DNA of 64,000 nucleotides from Oopsacas minuta (lineage: Eukaryota > Animalia > Porifera). Of this stretch, positions 49,601-61,199 are shown one piece after another. Under the pieces are notes generated by a model. The model did no database searches. It worked only from the letters and a program-made list of their open reading frames with translations, and was not told the origin of the DNA. Location: positions 62,001-126,000 of the forward strand of contig JAKMXF010000343.1 in NCBI GenBank assembly GCA_024704765.1, written 5' to 3'. The translations under genes were made by a program, and so were the position numbers. Within the stretch, counting starts at the first letter, position 1. Each line of letters opens with the position of its first letter.

Positions 49601-51324
49601 TTGAGGGACCGTGATAATTACTTCGATATACTCAATGAAATATATGTTACTTTGACGGTTTGGGACCATATTTGTATAATTTCACACTTCGATATATCCG
49701 TGTTTGATATAACGGGCTTAACTGAAGGCTACAAACGTTAAATTTGGTTTAAAACTTATAATATCTAAATGAAGTGATCATACATCTATGAGAAAAGGGA
49801 CAAATAAATGTGTCGATTCTCAGATTTTAGAGTTTAGCCAGTGGCATGTATACATTTATAACACCTATCTGAGACGGTATTTTGATTGTTCTAAAGCAGT
49901 CGAATCCAATTCTAACGAAATTCTATTTATTTTAGGGACAGACACAGACACTAATATTCGACCAAACAGTAACACCTACAATACCCAGATCTCTCCCTCT
50001 AACTCTCAGGTCTCAATATTCTCTGCCTGAGAAAGCTATAATATTCTGTAACTTCAATCAGCTGTATAAGATTGATCCACCAACACTAAAAGTAAGGATA
50101 CGAATATTATGCTGTGTAACCTAAGCAAACGGGAACTTCTGAAACAGAGTGAAAATAAATAGAGCGAATTCCTAGCCGCATACAAATGAGCCTCCACAAA
50201 TGGGGGAACAGGGTAGCATCCGTTTGTGGAGGTTACATTACATATGGGACCAAATATTCAAGATTCTCGCGCCTGAAATTTTCGCCAATTTTATACACAA
50301 TTATGTAACTTGACTGTATACGATAAAACCATTGAGTTAATTGAATTAATCTACAGAGCTGGGTTGACATAATGAAGAGAGTCCCTGACTCAGTTCTGTG
50401 GTTATTAAAGTTTCCAGTCGCCGGAGAGGCTAATGTATTACTAGCTGTACAACAGATGGATCTTGACCCTAGTAGGGTAATATTTAGCAATGTAGCGGCT
50501 AAAGAGGAACACGTTAGGAGAGGAAGGCTAGCGGATATCTGTCTAGACACACCTCTATGTAACGGACATACTACTAGCATGGATGTGTTATGGGCAGGTT
50601 AGTTCATTAATATGATAATTACAGTGGGAACCTCGTGAAATACCAAAACCAACGGATTTTGTGTCAATATTTATTCATTTATCTCGTATAATTCAGGTAC
50701 ACCAGTAATCACAATGAAGATGGAAACATTAGCATCCCGAGTAGCTTCTTCTCAGTTAACAACTTTAGGATTTCCAGAGCTAATAGCAAGTACTAGAGAT
50801 GAATATATTGATATAGCAGTACGATATGCTGCAGATCCTGTCATGTGAGTATACATATTTTCTAGTACAAGTTATATATGTTATAAAACAAAGTGTACGT
50901 GTGTGTCAGTGTGTTTTCTCAGAGATGCCGGGAGCGATTCGAACCAAATTTTGTGTGTAGACTAAGTAGTACTCAACCTTTTCAAATAAGAATTATTTTT
51001 CAAACGAACCATTTTTGGACGAGATATGTTAATTGCTTTGAAATTTCAAAAAAATCAAGGATACGAGGACAATTACCGTCGGGTGTGCTCTGAGGTCACG
51101 ACTTTTGAACTGCCACTTTTAAGTGGACTAGATGTTTATTTCAAATACTTCTGACAAATATTATTTTTCCCAGGCTAAAACAACTGAAAACTAGAATAAA
51201 AGCCGCAAGAATGACGTCACCATTATTTGACACACAACTCTATACAAAGAATTTAGAGAACCTCTACATGAAAATGTGGAAACGTTATGAAAATGGAGAA
51301 ACAGCTGATCATATCTTGAATTAA
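37652..51324 (+). CDS. OGT: O-GlcNAc transferase (TPR repeats + GT-B catalytic halves), many exons
   Basis: Exon 37985-38138 [11 protein letters not shown]...[23 protein letters not shown]; exon 42771 onward [13 protein letters not shown]; TPR exons to about 47010; [12 protein letters not shown]; [14 protein letters not shown]...[20 protein letters not shown]. Stop at 51324. The first exon (37652-37733) is less certain. Confidence 0.93.
38479..38697 (-). CDS. MRPL36: Mitochondrial ribosomal protein bL36m, canonical copy
   Basis: Presequence-like N-terminus, then [38 protein letters not shown] (bL36 signature with the C2-C-H zinc ribbon). Confidence 0.9.
   Translation of the reverse strand: MSALTILRQLINLSIRPQTFQQTGLVSMVTQTRGMKVKTSIRKRCDSCYVMKRKGRFYIYCLKKKTHKQRQG
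38790..38950. repeat. Interspersed repeat family C
   Basis: acacccttggacggggga...tgtgacgttgaaag..gttatgtcccagtttccatagttacctcgtt recurs at about 25385-25500, and partly at about 5265 and 44000. Confidence 0.6.
39057..39302 (-). CDS. Divergent bL36m paralog 2
   Basis: Basic presequence-like N-terminus + [32 protein letters not shown]; same CxxC-x12-C-x5-H spacing as copy 1. Confidence 0.75.
   Translation of the reverse strand: MLRNSLRILSHFTQTIQPHITSLITPQISLPTPYITQRSINATLLWKVRRKCRYCRRIRKNGRMYVYCLRNKNHHQKQLLL
39579..39839 (-). CDS. Divergent bL36m paralog 3
   Basis: Presequence-like N-terminus + [33 protein letters not shown]; CxxC-x12-C-x6-H. Confidence 0.7.
   Translation of the reverse strand: MTSQLRSLFTKLYNINQHSILTLTNANLFPTVNITQVRQKTPRLVTQLRKKCRHCRQMKKRGRLYMMCFMEPVKHYQKRRITGYTV
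40127..42400 (-). CDS. PRMT5: Protein arginine N-methyltransferase 5; exons 42400-42125, 41953-41653, 41467-40943, 40890-40127; nested in OGT intron 2
   Basis: [23 protein letters not shown]; [27 protein letters not shown]; [12 protein letters not shown]; AVEKNPNA; [24 protein letters not shown]; [11 protein letters not shown]. Confidence 0.95.
44494..45750 (-). CDS. Mitochondrial acyl-CoA dehydrogenase (418 aa, intronless), nested antisense in OGT intron 44223-46238
   Basis: Presequence-like N-terminus; [49 protein letters not shown]. Confidence 0.9.
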   Translation of the reverse strand: MLSRLAPIRRLLTTNIRTQTYLYSTSLSPAPGFYTEQHHQMSEMLNKIIERDINPFVKEWEKKGIFPAKEVFKNLGNHGLLGVTKPTENGGLGLDFSYSVAIAETLGNVKNGGVPMAIGVQTDMATPALAKHGNEQLKKEFLEPSIRGDYVACIGVSEPGAGSDVAGIKTTAREKGSDFVITGGKMWITSGTQADWMCCLAITEPGEKNPYKNKSLICLPMNTKGIHIEKKITKIGNNSSDTALIHFDDVIVPQANVIGERGKGFYYQMMQFQEERLWGSTNVLKAMECIISETADYCNQRKAFGRPILANQVVQFKLCELQTEIEALRSLVYRATKEYISGNDVTRLATMAKLKAGPLSRRVADSCLQYWGGMGYTDEVEVSRLYLDVRLLSIGAGADEVMMQILAKMNRWPDTYPM

Positions 51325-51905
51325 CGCCAGCAATTTCTAGCATGAAACTGACTAGTGTGTTACAAATCATTTTACCTCACACAATTTCCCCAATATTTTG
51401 TTAGCATATTTTAATGCATTATGTTCAAGTACGTATATTGTCAAGTGTTATGTGTTATGTGTTATGTGTTTGAAATGAATCAGTCTTAACTTATTACAAC
51501 ATAACGCTCGATTCGTAGATGTCTGATATTGTTTGTTGCCTACATGCATATGTCCAGTCTGGAGTGAATTTAACCACTAATTTTGCGGCAACTGGCAGGT
51601 GTGAGGGATTCAACTGCGTATACTCAAATTGATGGCGCCAGCGTCCAGCGGTCCTAAATAATCCCTTGAAACATACGTATGTTACTTTGATTTGTACCAT
51701 ATTTGTGCCATTTTCAGACTTGGATATAAGTGTGTGTATTTCGAATACCCCGTGTTCGATGTAACATACGTTCTGGTCTGGACACCCCCTGGATGAGATT
51801 ATTAGAGAATTAGTCTAAACAACTTTACAAGGAAATGACTTTTAAGAAAATAAAACAGTAATAGTGATTATTAAATAAGCAAATTATCAAATAACAAATA
51901 AATAA

Positions 51906-54900
51906 TTAGCTACTCTCATTCAATGGTAAGAAAGTCTGTGTATTCGTTTCATTGAAGGCGATTAAATTCAGTTTGGGAGCTCTCGGGCAGTTAATAATAG
52001 AATCGACGCTCATCGATTGACTTACTTGATATCTTGCTCTCATTTGTGGGACAGACAAGCGTTTTGAGACAGGTCTTTGTGGTAATTTACTGAATCGAAG
52101 AGTGACTAGGGAGGAATTTAACATTTTTTCAAGGTTAAATAAACATACATGTATATTCATATGTGTTAACCCAGTGGTCATTTCCTCACAAGGTTGTATG
52201 TGTATATCAGTTATTTCGCCATCTCCACAATGTGTAGATGCTGTATACTCCCAGCTATTCTCTGCAGAGTCTTCGCTTCTGTATACGACTAGATAGCCGC
52301 CTTTTGTTCCAAGGAATATGAAGTTTTGGCTGACAGCTATTCGAGTTATCTTTGAATCTTCTGTGTAGTCTAACTCAGTAGAGATGTTGCTATAAATGGA
52401 TTTATATCAAATATTGATACAGTCAACTCTCTTTAATTATTTTACATAAAACCGATGCTATATATCAGTTCTTTCTATATATCCGTGTTTGATATAACGG
52501 CAGTTGGCTGTTTTCTTCAGCATAAGACTAGAACTTCAGAACCACCAGAAGCCCATGAATAGGGGAGTAGCTAGCTGCCCATATAACACCCATGATAATG
52601 AACATATTCCACATATAATTACAGATTACTAATAGGAAATATATCTGATTATATTCTATTATGATTCATCTATCATATGCAGAACTAACGAATTAATTAT
52701 TACATATAACCCGAATTAAATTATAAATTTAGCATTGAATTAAATAACAAATTACCCTAGTGATGTTATATCTTACAAGGAATGTAAGGAAGTATGTAAT
52801 ACTAAGTTACATGGCAATTTTTGTGTGATAGGATCTCTATCAAGGAGGGTTTTGTGAAATGCTTTGGAAACGTAACGTCACTTTGAACAGCCCCTTAATG
52901 CCCCTCATATTATTTTATGCTAGCGGTTTCCATCTGGGGTCCATTGACCCCTTGGTGGTCCACATATGACAGCAGGAGGACAACGGTTGGAACTACCGGT
53001 ATTATGTCCTATTTAGATATAGCATAACTTACCATAGAGAAATACTGGTTTTCCGTAATAGGCTCTCAGAGTCCCATAGAATAACAAATGGAGCATGTGC
53101 AAATGAAGTCCAAACGCCAGCATCTGATTGGATAATACTGCTCACATAGCTGTTATGAGGTAATTGTGTGTCTATTCTTAGACTTTTATGATCTTTATAT
53201 CCGGTATCACTAGATATAAGATTGAGGTGTAATTATTAAATTGAAGCTTAGTACCTGGTAATTAGGTAGCATTCTCCAAGAGGGTGTGCAATATGATAAA
53301 TTAACTCAAAACAAAAAGGTGTGAAAATATGATTAATCACGAATATTTAAAGTTTGACATAAGGGAATGTTTAACAGGAATGTTCTAGAATTGTCACTCG
53401 ACACTCTTTGCCATATTAGGGTGATATCCTTTACAATGGTAAAGAACATGCTTATGTAGAATATACGTATATTCTTCATATGATGGTATTATGTTAATCT
53501 AAGGAATGTATTGTCTAACTACTGACATTATCAGCTATTCAATACCAGCTCAGGTATTAATCCTTACAAAACCATTTAGATATGACATAAATATGTAATT
53601 CTATTCTGATAGCTATTTTATAAGAAGACACAAAAATCACACTTTAGCTCATGAGATGCTATAGAGGTATTATCAATATTGACAGCTAATTAATTCATTG
53701 AGCCATAGCATATGATTGAGCTAATTTCTAAGAGAATAATTGTATTACAAATACGTATAAGTGGACACTGTATTTAATGCATTCACGTAAGAAATAATAC
53801 AGTCAAATCTCGTGATATTGAAATCTACTGGGATGATATAGGAGCACGAGAGTGCGAAGTAATCAACACATTTTGATTTAATACTCTAGGACATTGTTAG
53901 TTGGGAACTTGTTTCAGCTCCACCGCTCGCTTCTGATTTCGCTACCGCTAGAATATTGTCATTATTCCACCATTTACTCAATGTAATTCAGCTACAGGGT
54001 GTATAAACTAGCTAATAGAAGTCTAGCATGTTCTCATATCAAATTGCCCGCATGCTTAGATGGACTGAAACAAGTTTCTCATTAACAGAGGCCTTGTATA
54101 AGTGGAATAGGAAAGATATGTTTTCGTGGATTCCTGGATCTGCCCCTTGCGTATAAGGAAGAGTAAAAGCCGATAAAATCAATATAAATTATCTAGCTAA
54201 TGTTTGGGTAACTTCAGGGAATTTTGTTGCTCTGTTTTATTCCAGCACTCTGATTTGCAAGAACAACGGATGATATTACAAGCATTGACGCCAAAAGTGT
54301 GAAGCTCAGTGACTCAGTGAGGGGCATACCACTATACGTGTATATACCCATACTAGTCAATTAGACACCCCTGACCTTAGGGAACCCATGTTCCTTGTAT
54401 GTTTATCTAGAAATCCGTACAAGTATGCGATAAGATAAATTAGCACATAAATATGATCATTTTTCTCACCTCGGTTTGATAATCTTCATCTGTGTCGTGA
54501 GACCTACCCAGATGTAATCCGTCTGTTGTTGATAAGCCAGACAACGTATCTTGATATCTGACATTGGTTTCACGAGGTATATATATTTCTATGGGAATAG
54601 AATTGAGTAAGAATTCTATGAGGAATTATGTCAAAATACAGATTTTAATGGCTTGAATTAATTCGTTTTTAGGGAAAAATCAAATGAAGATACAGTGTAA
54701 TCTTCATAAACGGGGAACTTCTGGAAACGGAGTCAAAATATAAAGAGCCAATTCCTAGTTCTATACAAATGAACCTCCACTAATGGGGAATTTGACACAA
54801 CATGGAAACGAGGGTAGCATATTTCGGCCTCGCTGACAACCACGATTGTAGAGGCTATACTGTGTTTTTATTATCCATAGTCCATTAATGCTATTTGAAA

Positions 54901-55749
54901 ATACTCACATTTGCCCTTTCAAGCGGGTTAATCCCACCAGTAGGCCCAGCTGCCCCAGAGAACTCCAGCAAACAACCAGATTCCAATGCAACATACACGA
55001 ATCTAACCAAAGACTCATCTCCCTTATTGACCGATGGTTTCACTGGCTTGGTGCAAATAGCAGTAATAGGCCCAACTAGCTGAACAGTGCGATGTGATAG
55101 CACTATCATATCCTCGGGGAGGAGGGATAGGATGTGTAGGGAACCTGTATCTGTTCCTAGCCAGATCTGACTCTCTCCTAACAGACAACAGGCTGTGATC
55201 TAAAAATGGAATGAAATAAAATTAGTTGAATTAGCAAAAGATAGTCTGTGAAGTTATTATAATAGGTAAGTAAGTACACAAATATTTGCATAATCTTACC
55301 CTCGCATCAGTGATTAGCTCGAATTGTTTGAGATGAGTCTTTGGCAGAGGAATAGCAAACTGTTCTACATGAGGAGAATTAGCTGTTATATTACACAGTC
55401 CGATTCCTTCACAGTTTATACCGAAGAAAGAGTATTTTTCACTCTCTTCCGTTGTGTCCGCTCCTGACTCATAACTCGCTCCGAGACTGATCGATCTTGG
55501 AGACAGAGGTGTGAGAGAGAGAGGGGTAAAGAGATCCATAAGACTACTCGAGTTCGAGAAAGTCTCCGGTGATGAAAACGGAATACTTTCACGACCTTTG
55601 AAACATTTATTTCGAGAAGAAAATATCTCAATAGGTGGGAGAAGAATATTTGTAAAATTTGGCAGTTTTACCTCAGCCAAATCTTCAATAAATTGATTCT
55701 CTATTTTGTAATAAAACTTCCCAAACATTGTATAATTGTAATGGAACAA
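51906..55749 (-). CDS. Multi-exon protein with a WD40-like beta-propeller; start and some exons unresolved
   Basis: Exon peptides with GT-AG boundaries: ITACCLLGESQIWLGTDTGSLHIL, IRCLAYQQQTDYIWVG, GVWTSFAHAPFVILWDSE, ITRIAVSQNFIFLGTKGGYLVVY. Confidence 0.55.
54691..54863. mobile_element. TA-flanked MITE, family B (representative copy)
   Basis: tacagtgtaatcttcataaacggggaacttctggaaacggagt...gtagcatatttcggc...ctatactg. Similar sequence at about 44264, 50110 and 55968, and reversed at about 21860, 24170 and 47820. Confidence 0.6.
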
Positions 55750-57289
55750 AGTTCAATGTATTTATAAGTGAATTAGTATGTATAGCTATCTTATCAGGAA
55801 GTAACCCGTGACTTGAATAGCCATTGATATTCAACGGGCTCCCTTGATATATTATTGAGTAAGATTATTATAATTATATCACATTTGCATTGAGATGAAT
55901 ATATTGATTTCTCCATAAATTACTAATGAATTGATTACTTAGGGGAAAAAGTAATTACAGAACATAATACAGTGAAACCTAACGGGGAACTTCTGGAAAT
56001 GGAGTGATATATAGAGAGAGCGAATTCATACTCCCAATAAACCTCCACAAACGGGTAGCAGATTTCGGCGTTGCTGGCACCCTGTTGTGAAGGTTACACT
56101 CTACTATGAACTATCTTACAAATTCGATTGTTTGTTAATAATTATCACTTACGTTAGGTACATTTTATTCATATTCACAGTCGGTTAGTGCTACAAACTC
56201 GACAACTGGAAGATTCATAGCAGACCAATCCAGAAAAACAATTAATTAGCCAAAACATTACCCTAGTTACCAATACATACTGATGCTATGTCACAGGCCA
56301 CGGTCATCAAATAGCAAATCACCTGAAATATACAAATAATATTACTCATAGAGTATAAAGTTCACTAGCCATGTTAATATTTGTTGCAATAATGCTATCC
56401 ATGTATATTATATGGTATACTGAATCATGCAATATTACGCAAGGTTATAAATCAACCTCTGTATAATTAGTAGAATTTAGATTGCTTCTTGAAACCAGAG
56501 TTAAGATATCACACTTACAAACTGGACCGTTCAACGCTACGTAACGCTACAAGGGGAGAGGGTGGTATGCGAAGTGTAACAGTCCCAATCTTTTTGTATT
56601 ACAAAACGGTGAAAAAGCGTAACACAGGGAGGGGAGGGAGTCAAAATTTATGGAATTTTGCGTTACCTTACGTAACGTTTATGTCATTTAGCTGGGCATT
56701 GGTGTTTTAGTGGTGCCCCTAGCACTTTAGTATTTGTCTGGGCTTACCGAAAAGACGGACAATCCCATTAAATACCACGTTTTGGCAGGACATTGACGTA
56801 ACATAAACATATAGCTGAATGCCATGGCAAAACCATGGCATTGGGAAAAAGTATTAATATACGTAACAGTATACATTATAGTGGAACCTCGTTCATTCGA
56901 ATTTCCGGAGAAGACGAAATATTTACATGAAATCAAGCCCGGTATTATTACTCTGGTTACTTTGAACTCCGAATATAGCGAAGAAATATTGACTATTCGT
57001 TATTCATATTAACGAGGTTCCACTTATGAACTTTTCAAAATCAAATTCTGACAATTTCTCACTGACAACATATCGATTATTCCATTACTACAATTACACA
57101 ATGGGTGAAGCCTACTAACACCAGAATCACCCACCATTTATTTGTTAGAAAGCCCTGTATTTAATTATTAGGGAATAAGAACACGCGATATCAGAATGTG
57201 CTTTATTTCAATTTCATTCCGTAAATATGCGTAAAACATATTAAGATTCTAATTAATATATTAACTTTTGCTATTAGATTAGAAGAAAT

Positions 57290-58984
57290 ATGAACGACAA
57301 TTCAGAGTCAATATTTAAAAGCAAAAAGCTCAAAACGCCTGCAAAGCCTCAGTTCAATGTAATAATTGGATACTTTTATAACTTGAATTTTATTCTAGGG
57401 ACAGGGTTTCTTGGGATACCATTTACTTTCTATAACGCTGGGATTTTGCCGAGTTTATTGACGCTGACCCTCTTATCGGTTACAGGTTGTATTACTGCAC
57501 TATGGATGTTAGAAATCCTTGGACGAGCGAGGGTGTTGAATAAACTACGGGGTGGGACCTCGAAGGAAAATTTGATAAACGATAACTCAGATGATATCGT
57601 CGAGTACAACAGTAACATATATGTTATTTCTCAAAAACGGAAATTTGAAATGACTGAGTTGAGTGAAATTATGTTTGGCCTTGTTGGTAAAATTATTTTT
57701 GTGATTATTATGATCATATATTCTTGTTTGACACTTTGGAGTATGGCAGCTGTTGTTGGTACGTCTTGGTCAACGAACATTCCAATCAACACATCGGTTG
57801 TCATTGAATGTAACGCGACAGATTTCACGAAAACATATTTCCCCATAGAAACTCGTTGCTTCAATTTTTATAGAATTTGTGTGTCAGTTTTCGGTTTGGT
57901 TGTTACACTATTATCTCTTCTCGAATTGAATGAACAGAAATACATCCAAGCTGTATTTTCTATTCTAAGATTCGTAGCACTAACTTCAATCATAATTTTC
58001 TCTATTTTTATAATTATTCACAACATTTCTACTCCACACAATCCTTTACCACCTACACTACAAAACACGAATTCCACAAGCGTAGACCTGTTGCTTAGAT
58101 TTGATATCAAATGGTGGCTAGTGACGATACCTGTCTTGGTGTATGCACAGAATCTACATCAAGGTATTCCATCGCTGACGCACCCAGTTATGCCGAAGAG
58201 AAGATTAAAACCAATGCTAATCGCGACTTTTATCACTACCTGGAGTTTCTATACGATCCTAGGGATAGTCGTATCTTTCGCGTTTATGAGCTTAGTCAAC
58301 GAAAACGCTACATTAAACTGGGACTATTTTACACACGCTGCGAACAATATAGGCGTTAAGATTATTTCATACTTCATAATACTTTTCCCTTCACTTGACA
58401 TTATTTCTGCATACCCATTGGTTGTCACTACACTGGCGAATAATGTTTACCTAGTATTAATGCGACGGGATACGTCAGAATCGATTTTGAGTTGGAAAGA
58501 TCGGATCGGGAAACTTATATTCAGACTTTTTTTCGCGTTTATACCGTTACTCGGTGCGCTGTTCATTTCTAATTTAGTTACAGTTTTGAATTTCGCGGGG
58601 TTATTCGCTTTTATGATGTTATTCCTTTTACCAATAAGTTGCCAGTTTCAATCAAAACGACTCTGCAAAAAGGAGATTGAAGATTTTCGCGTCGACGATA
58701 TACAAACAATTTTCGAGCCGTTAGCAACTCGGCCAGAAAGCATCGGGACAGAAAGCCATTTTTCAGAACAAACCGTTTCTCCTGCAAGAGAATATTCACC
58801 TCTACGACAGAGAAGTGTGAAAAAATGTGCGCTAAAGGATATGTTACTAAATATAGAAGCAAAGACGCCATATTCCGGTTGGTACTCGAGTAATATCGTT
58901 GTTATTATTGTTAGTTTGGTTGCTGGTGTTTGTTTTGCATTGGCTGTTGGGAGTGTTATATATACTTTGATTGGGAAAGATTAA
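57290..58984 (+). CDS. TMEM104: TMEM104-like amino acid transporter (AAAP/Aa_trans family), intronless
   Basis: YFYNLNFILGTGFLGIPFTFYNAG, RKFEMTELSEIMFG, AYPLVVTTLANN; about 11 hydrophobic helices by eye. Confidence 0.75.
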   Translation: MNDNSESIFKSKKLKTPAKPQFNVIIGYFYNLNFILGTGFLGIPFTFYNAGILPSLLTLTLLSVTGCITALWMLEILGRARVLNKLRGGTSKENLINDNSDDIVEYNSNIYVISQKRKFEMTELSEIMFGLVGKIIFVIIMIIYSCLTLWSMAAVVGTSWSTNIPINTSVVIECNATDFTKTYFPIETRCFNFYRICVSVFGLVVTLLSLLELNEQKYIQAVFSILRFVALTSIIIFSIFIIIHNISTPHNPLPPTLQNTNSTSVDLLLRFDIKWWLVTIPVLVYAQNLHQGIPSLTHPVMPKRRLKPMLIATFITTWSFYTILGIVVSFAFMSLVNENATLNWDYFTHAANNIGVKIISYFIILFPSLDIISAYPLVVTTLANNVYLVLMRRDTSESILSWKDRIGKLIFRLFFAFIPLLGALFISNLVTVLNFAGLFAFMMLFLLPISCQFQSKRLCKKEIEDFRVDDIQTIFEPLATRPESIGTESHFSEQTVSPAREYSPLRQRSVKKCALKDMLLNIEAKTPYSGWYSSNIVVIIVSLVAGVCFALAVGSVIYTLIGKD

Positions 58985-59335
58985 TTGTATATGATACTAG
59001 TGAGAAATATTTCATATTTTGTTTACTTTGAATTTGTAAATAAATGTATTTATATGATATTATTAATTGTACCGGAAGAATGTATAAATTGTAAGATTTT
59101 GTACTCTCAACTCATGTTATACCGAAGCTCAAGGGGCCGCGATAATTACTTTGATAAAAGCGGAGTCGGTATAGCCGATGAATTGTATGTTACTTTGACT
59201 GTTTTGGATCATATTTGTATAATTTCAGACTTCCATATAATGGGAGTAGACTATTAATTGAATATTTGTATTATACTATTAATAATTAAATCTATTGCCT
59301 ATTAGCTGTAATTTTATTTGTATTGTTTAGTTCAA

Positions 59336-60988
59336 ATGTTTTGGGGTAAAATAAAAAGAGAGACAAAAGGGACAACTTCCTCCCGCGGGGGAGCGACAAG
59401 TGGGATAACTTCCTCCCGCGGGGGAGCGAGAACAGAAGCACTTCCCGCTCGCCGTGATAGAATAAGAAGTGTTAAAATTCTTAAGTCTGAGAAAGGAAGA
59501 GATCTGTGTCGAGTAAGAGGTGAGGGAGGAATATTTCTAGGTTTTAGGAAAGATATTCTAACTGAAAATTTGACAGAGAGAGACAATGTACTCCTAGTTT
59601 GTAAGCGTTGTCAAGGAATTATAAGAGAAGCCTGTCTATCGAGTACAGGGGAACAATTTTGTTCCTGTTGTACCAAGGGAGAGGAACAAACACACCCGAA
59701 TATATACGTGAGGGACACAGTTCTCTCACTCAAGTGCTCGTGTCCCTTGTTCCAACGGGGCTGTGAATGGCTAGGAACACTAGGTGAATGTGAGAACCAT
59801 CTTGATGTGTGTAGTCATGTGCATGAGAAATGTAAACTAGGATGTGATATAGTGTTACCACGTCATGAGCTATCTATACATGTCAGTGAAAAGTGCAAAC
59901 TTCGTGAAATACCTTGGGAGCATTGTCAGGCAGATTTCAAAGTTTGTGATATGCCGAATCATATAGAAAAGTGTCCAAAAATGCCACTTAAGTGTGAACT
60001 TAAATGTGGCAGAGTGATGTGTCGTATGGATATGGCACATCATCTAGAGAAAGAGTGTGGTCGTGTGGTAGAGAAATGCAAACTAGGATGTGGAATAAAA
60101 CTACGACGTGATGAACTCGATATCCATGTGAATGAAAAGTGTGTACAACGAATGATACCTTGTGAGTACTGTCACATAGATTTCAAAGCTTGTAAAATGA
60201 CAATTCATCTAGTAGAGTGTCCAAAAATGCCACTAAAATGTGAACTAGGATGTGGCACAGTGGTTTGCCGAAACAATATGGCACAACACATAGAGGAAGA
60301 ATGTGTTGAGAAGATGATAGAGTGTCCGTTTAGACAGTACAAGTGTGAAGTAGGACTAATCAAGAAGAAGGGACTCAATCAGCATTTGGAGGAGAAGAGG
60401 ACTGAACACACAGAATTGAAACTCAGTGCTATGGAAGAGATTGTTATGAAACAGAGTGAAAGAATTAATAATCAGAACGAAACGATTGAACAAATGTCTC
60501 AAGAAATGGAATCATTGAAAACAGAGGCAAAACCAAACAAATCTGAAATTTTGAAGCAAATTTCACCTAAAATCACAAATCTATACTGGAAAATAAAAAT
60601 GGAAGATATATTATATTTGAGTCGTGATCGCTATTCCTTTTTTCCCACACATGCACAAGAACAGTTCCAAGCTGGCAGATATGTCTTTATACTTCTGCTT
60701 GAGTACACTCGTGGAGATTATTTCGTGATTAAATTCTACCCTATGGATGGATTTGATTTTGATAAACTAACTCAGCCTTCCAAAGCAGTATTTATAACCT
60801 CCCTGATCTGTCATGACAACTCGAAATACATAAAAAAACTCGGAGCTAAATTGATTGAAGATCAGGAACAACGACATATTTCCACTCTTAACACAATTGC
60901 TACTTTCCGCTATTCTGATATTACAAAAGAATTTATCAAAGATAAATGCATTGGATTTGAAATATTTGTAAATATTTTTAAAACTTAG
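59336..60988 (+). CDS. TRAF-like protein (half-RING, many TRAF zinc fingers, coiled coil, degenerate MATH)
   Basis: CKRC..EAC..CSCC, KCSCPLFQRGCEWLG, repeated KCKLGC/CELKC units, VECPFRQYKC. First ATG at 59336. Confidence 0.85.
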   Translation: MFWGKIKRETKGTTSSRGGATSGITSSRGGARTEALPARRDRIRSVKILKSEKGRDLCRVRGEGGIFLGFRKDILTENLTERDNVLLVCKRCQGIIREACLSSTGEQFCSCCTKGEEQTHPNIYVRDTVLSLKCSCPLFQRGCEWLGTLGECENHLDVCSHVHEKCKLGCDIVLPRHELSIHVSEKCKLREIPWEHCQADFKVCDMPNHIEKCPKMPLKCELKCGRVMCRMDMAHHLEKECGRVVEKCKLGCGIKLRRDELDIHVNEKCVQRMIPCEYCHIDFKACKMTIHLVECPKMPLKCELGCGTVVCRNNMAQHIEEECVEKMIECPFRQYKCEVGLIKKKGLNQHLEEKRTEHTELKLSAMEEIVMKQSERINNQNETIEQMSQEMESLKTEAKPNKSEILKQISPKITNLYWKIKMEDILYLSRDRYSFFPTHAQEQFQAGRYVFILLLEYTRGDYFVIKFYPMDGFDFDKLTQPSKAVFITSLICHDNSKYIKKLGAKLIEDQEQRHISTLNTIATFRYSDITKEFIKDKCIGFEIFVNIFKT

Positions 60989-61199
60989 CTGACGTATAAT
61001 AATATTTTTGAATTTTATTCAATTGTTGTTTACTTGTGTTATGATTAGAGAGTTAATCAATAATTCAACGAATTTGTAGATCGTTTATGAAATAATGTTT
61101 TGTTGACAATATTATATATGTATAATGTTCTAACGCCTTCATTCTCCAATTAATGTTTCTAAATTATAAATCAATTCTCAGAGTAATGCACTAGAATAA

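Noticed and set aside
50890-51110. gcgattcgaacc resembling a tRNA T-loop
   Set aside because: No cloverleaf or acceptor stem; it lies in an intronic repeat-like block. No tRNA, rRNA or snoRNA could be supported anywhere in the window.
56489-57012. Cluster of 60-75 aa ORFs upstream of TMEM104
   Set aside because: They overlap MITE-like repeats and show no coding signature.
59369-59434. 33-bp direct repeat as a possible CRISPR-like array
   Set aside because: Only two adjacent units with no spacer, inside a eukaryotic ORF.
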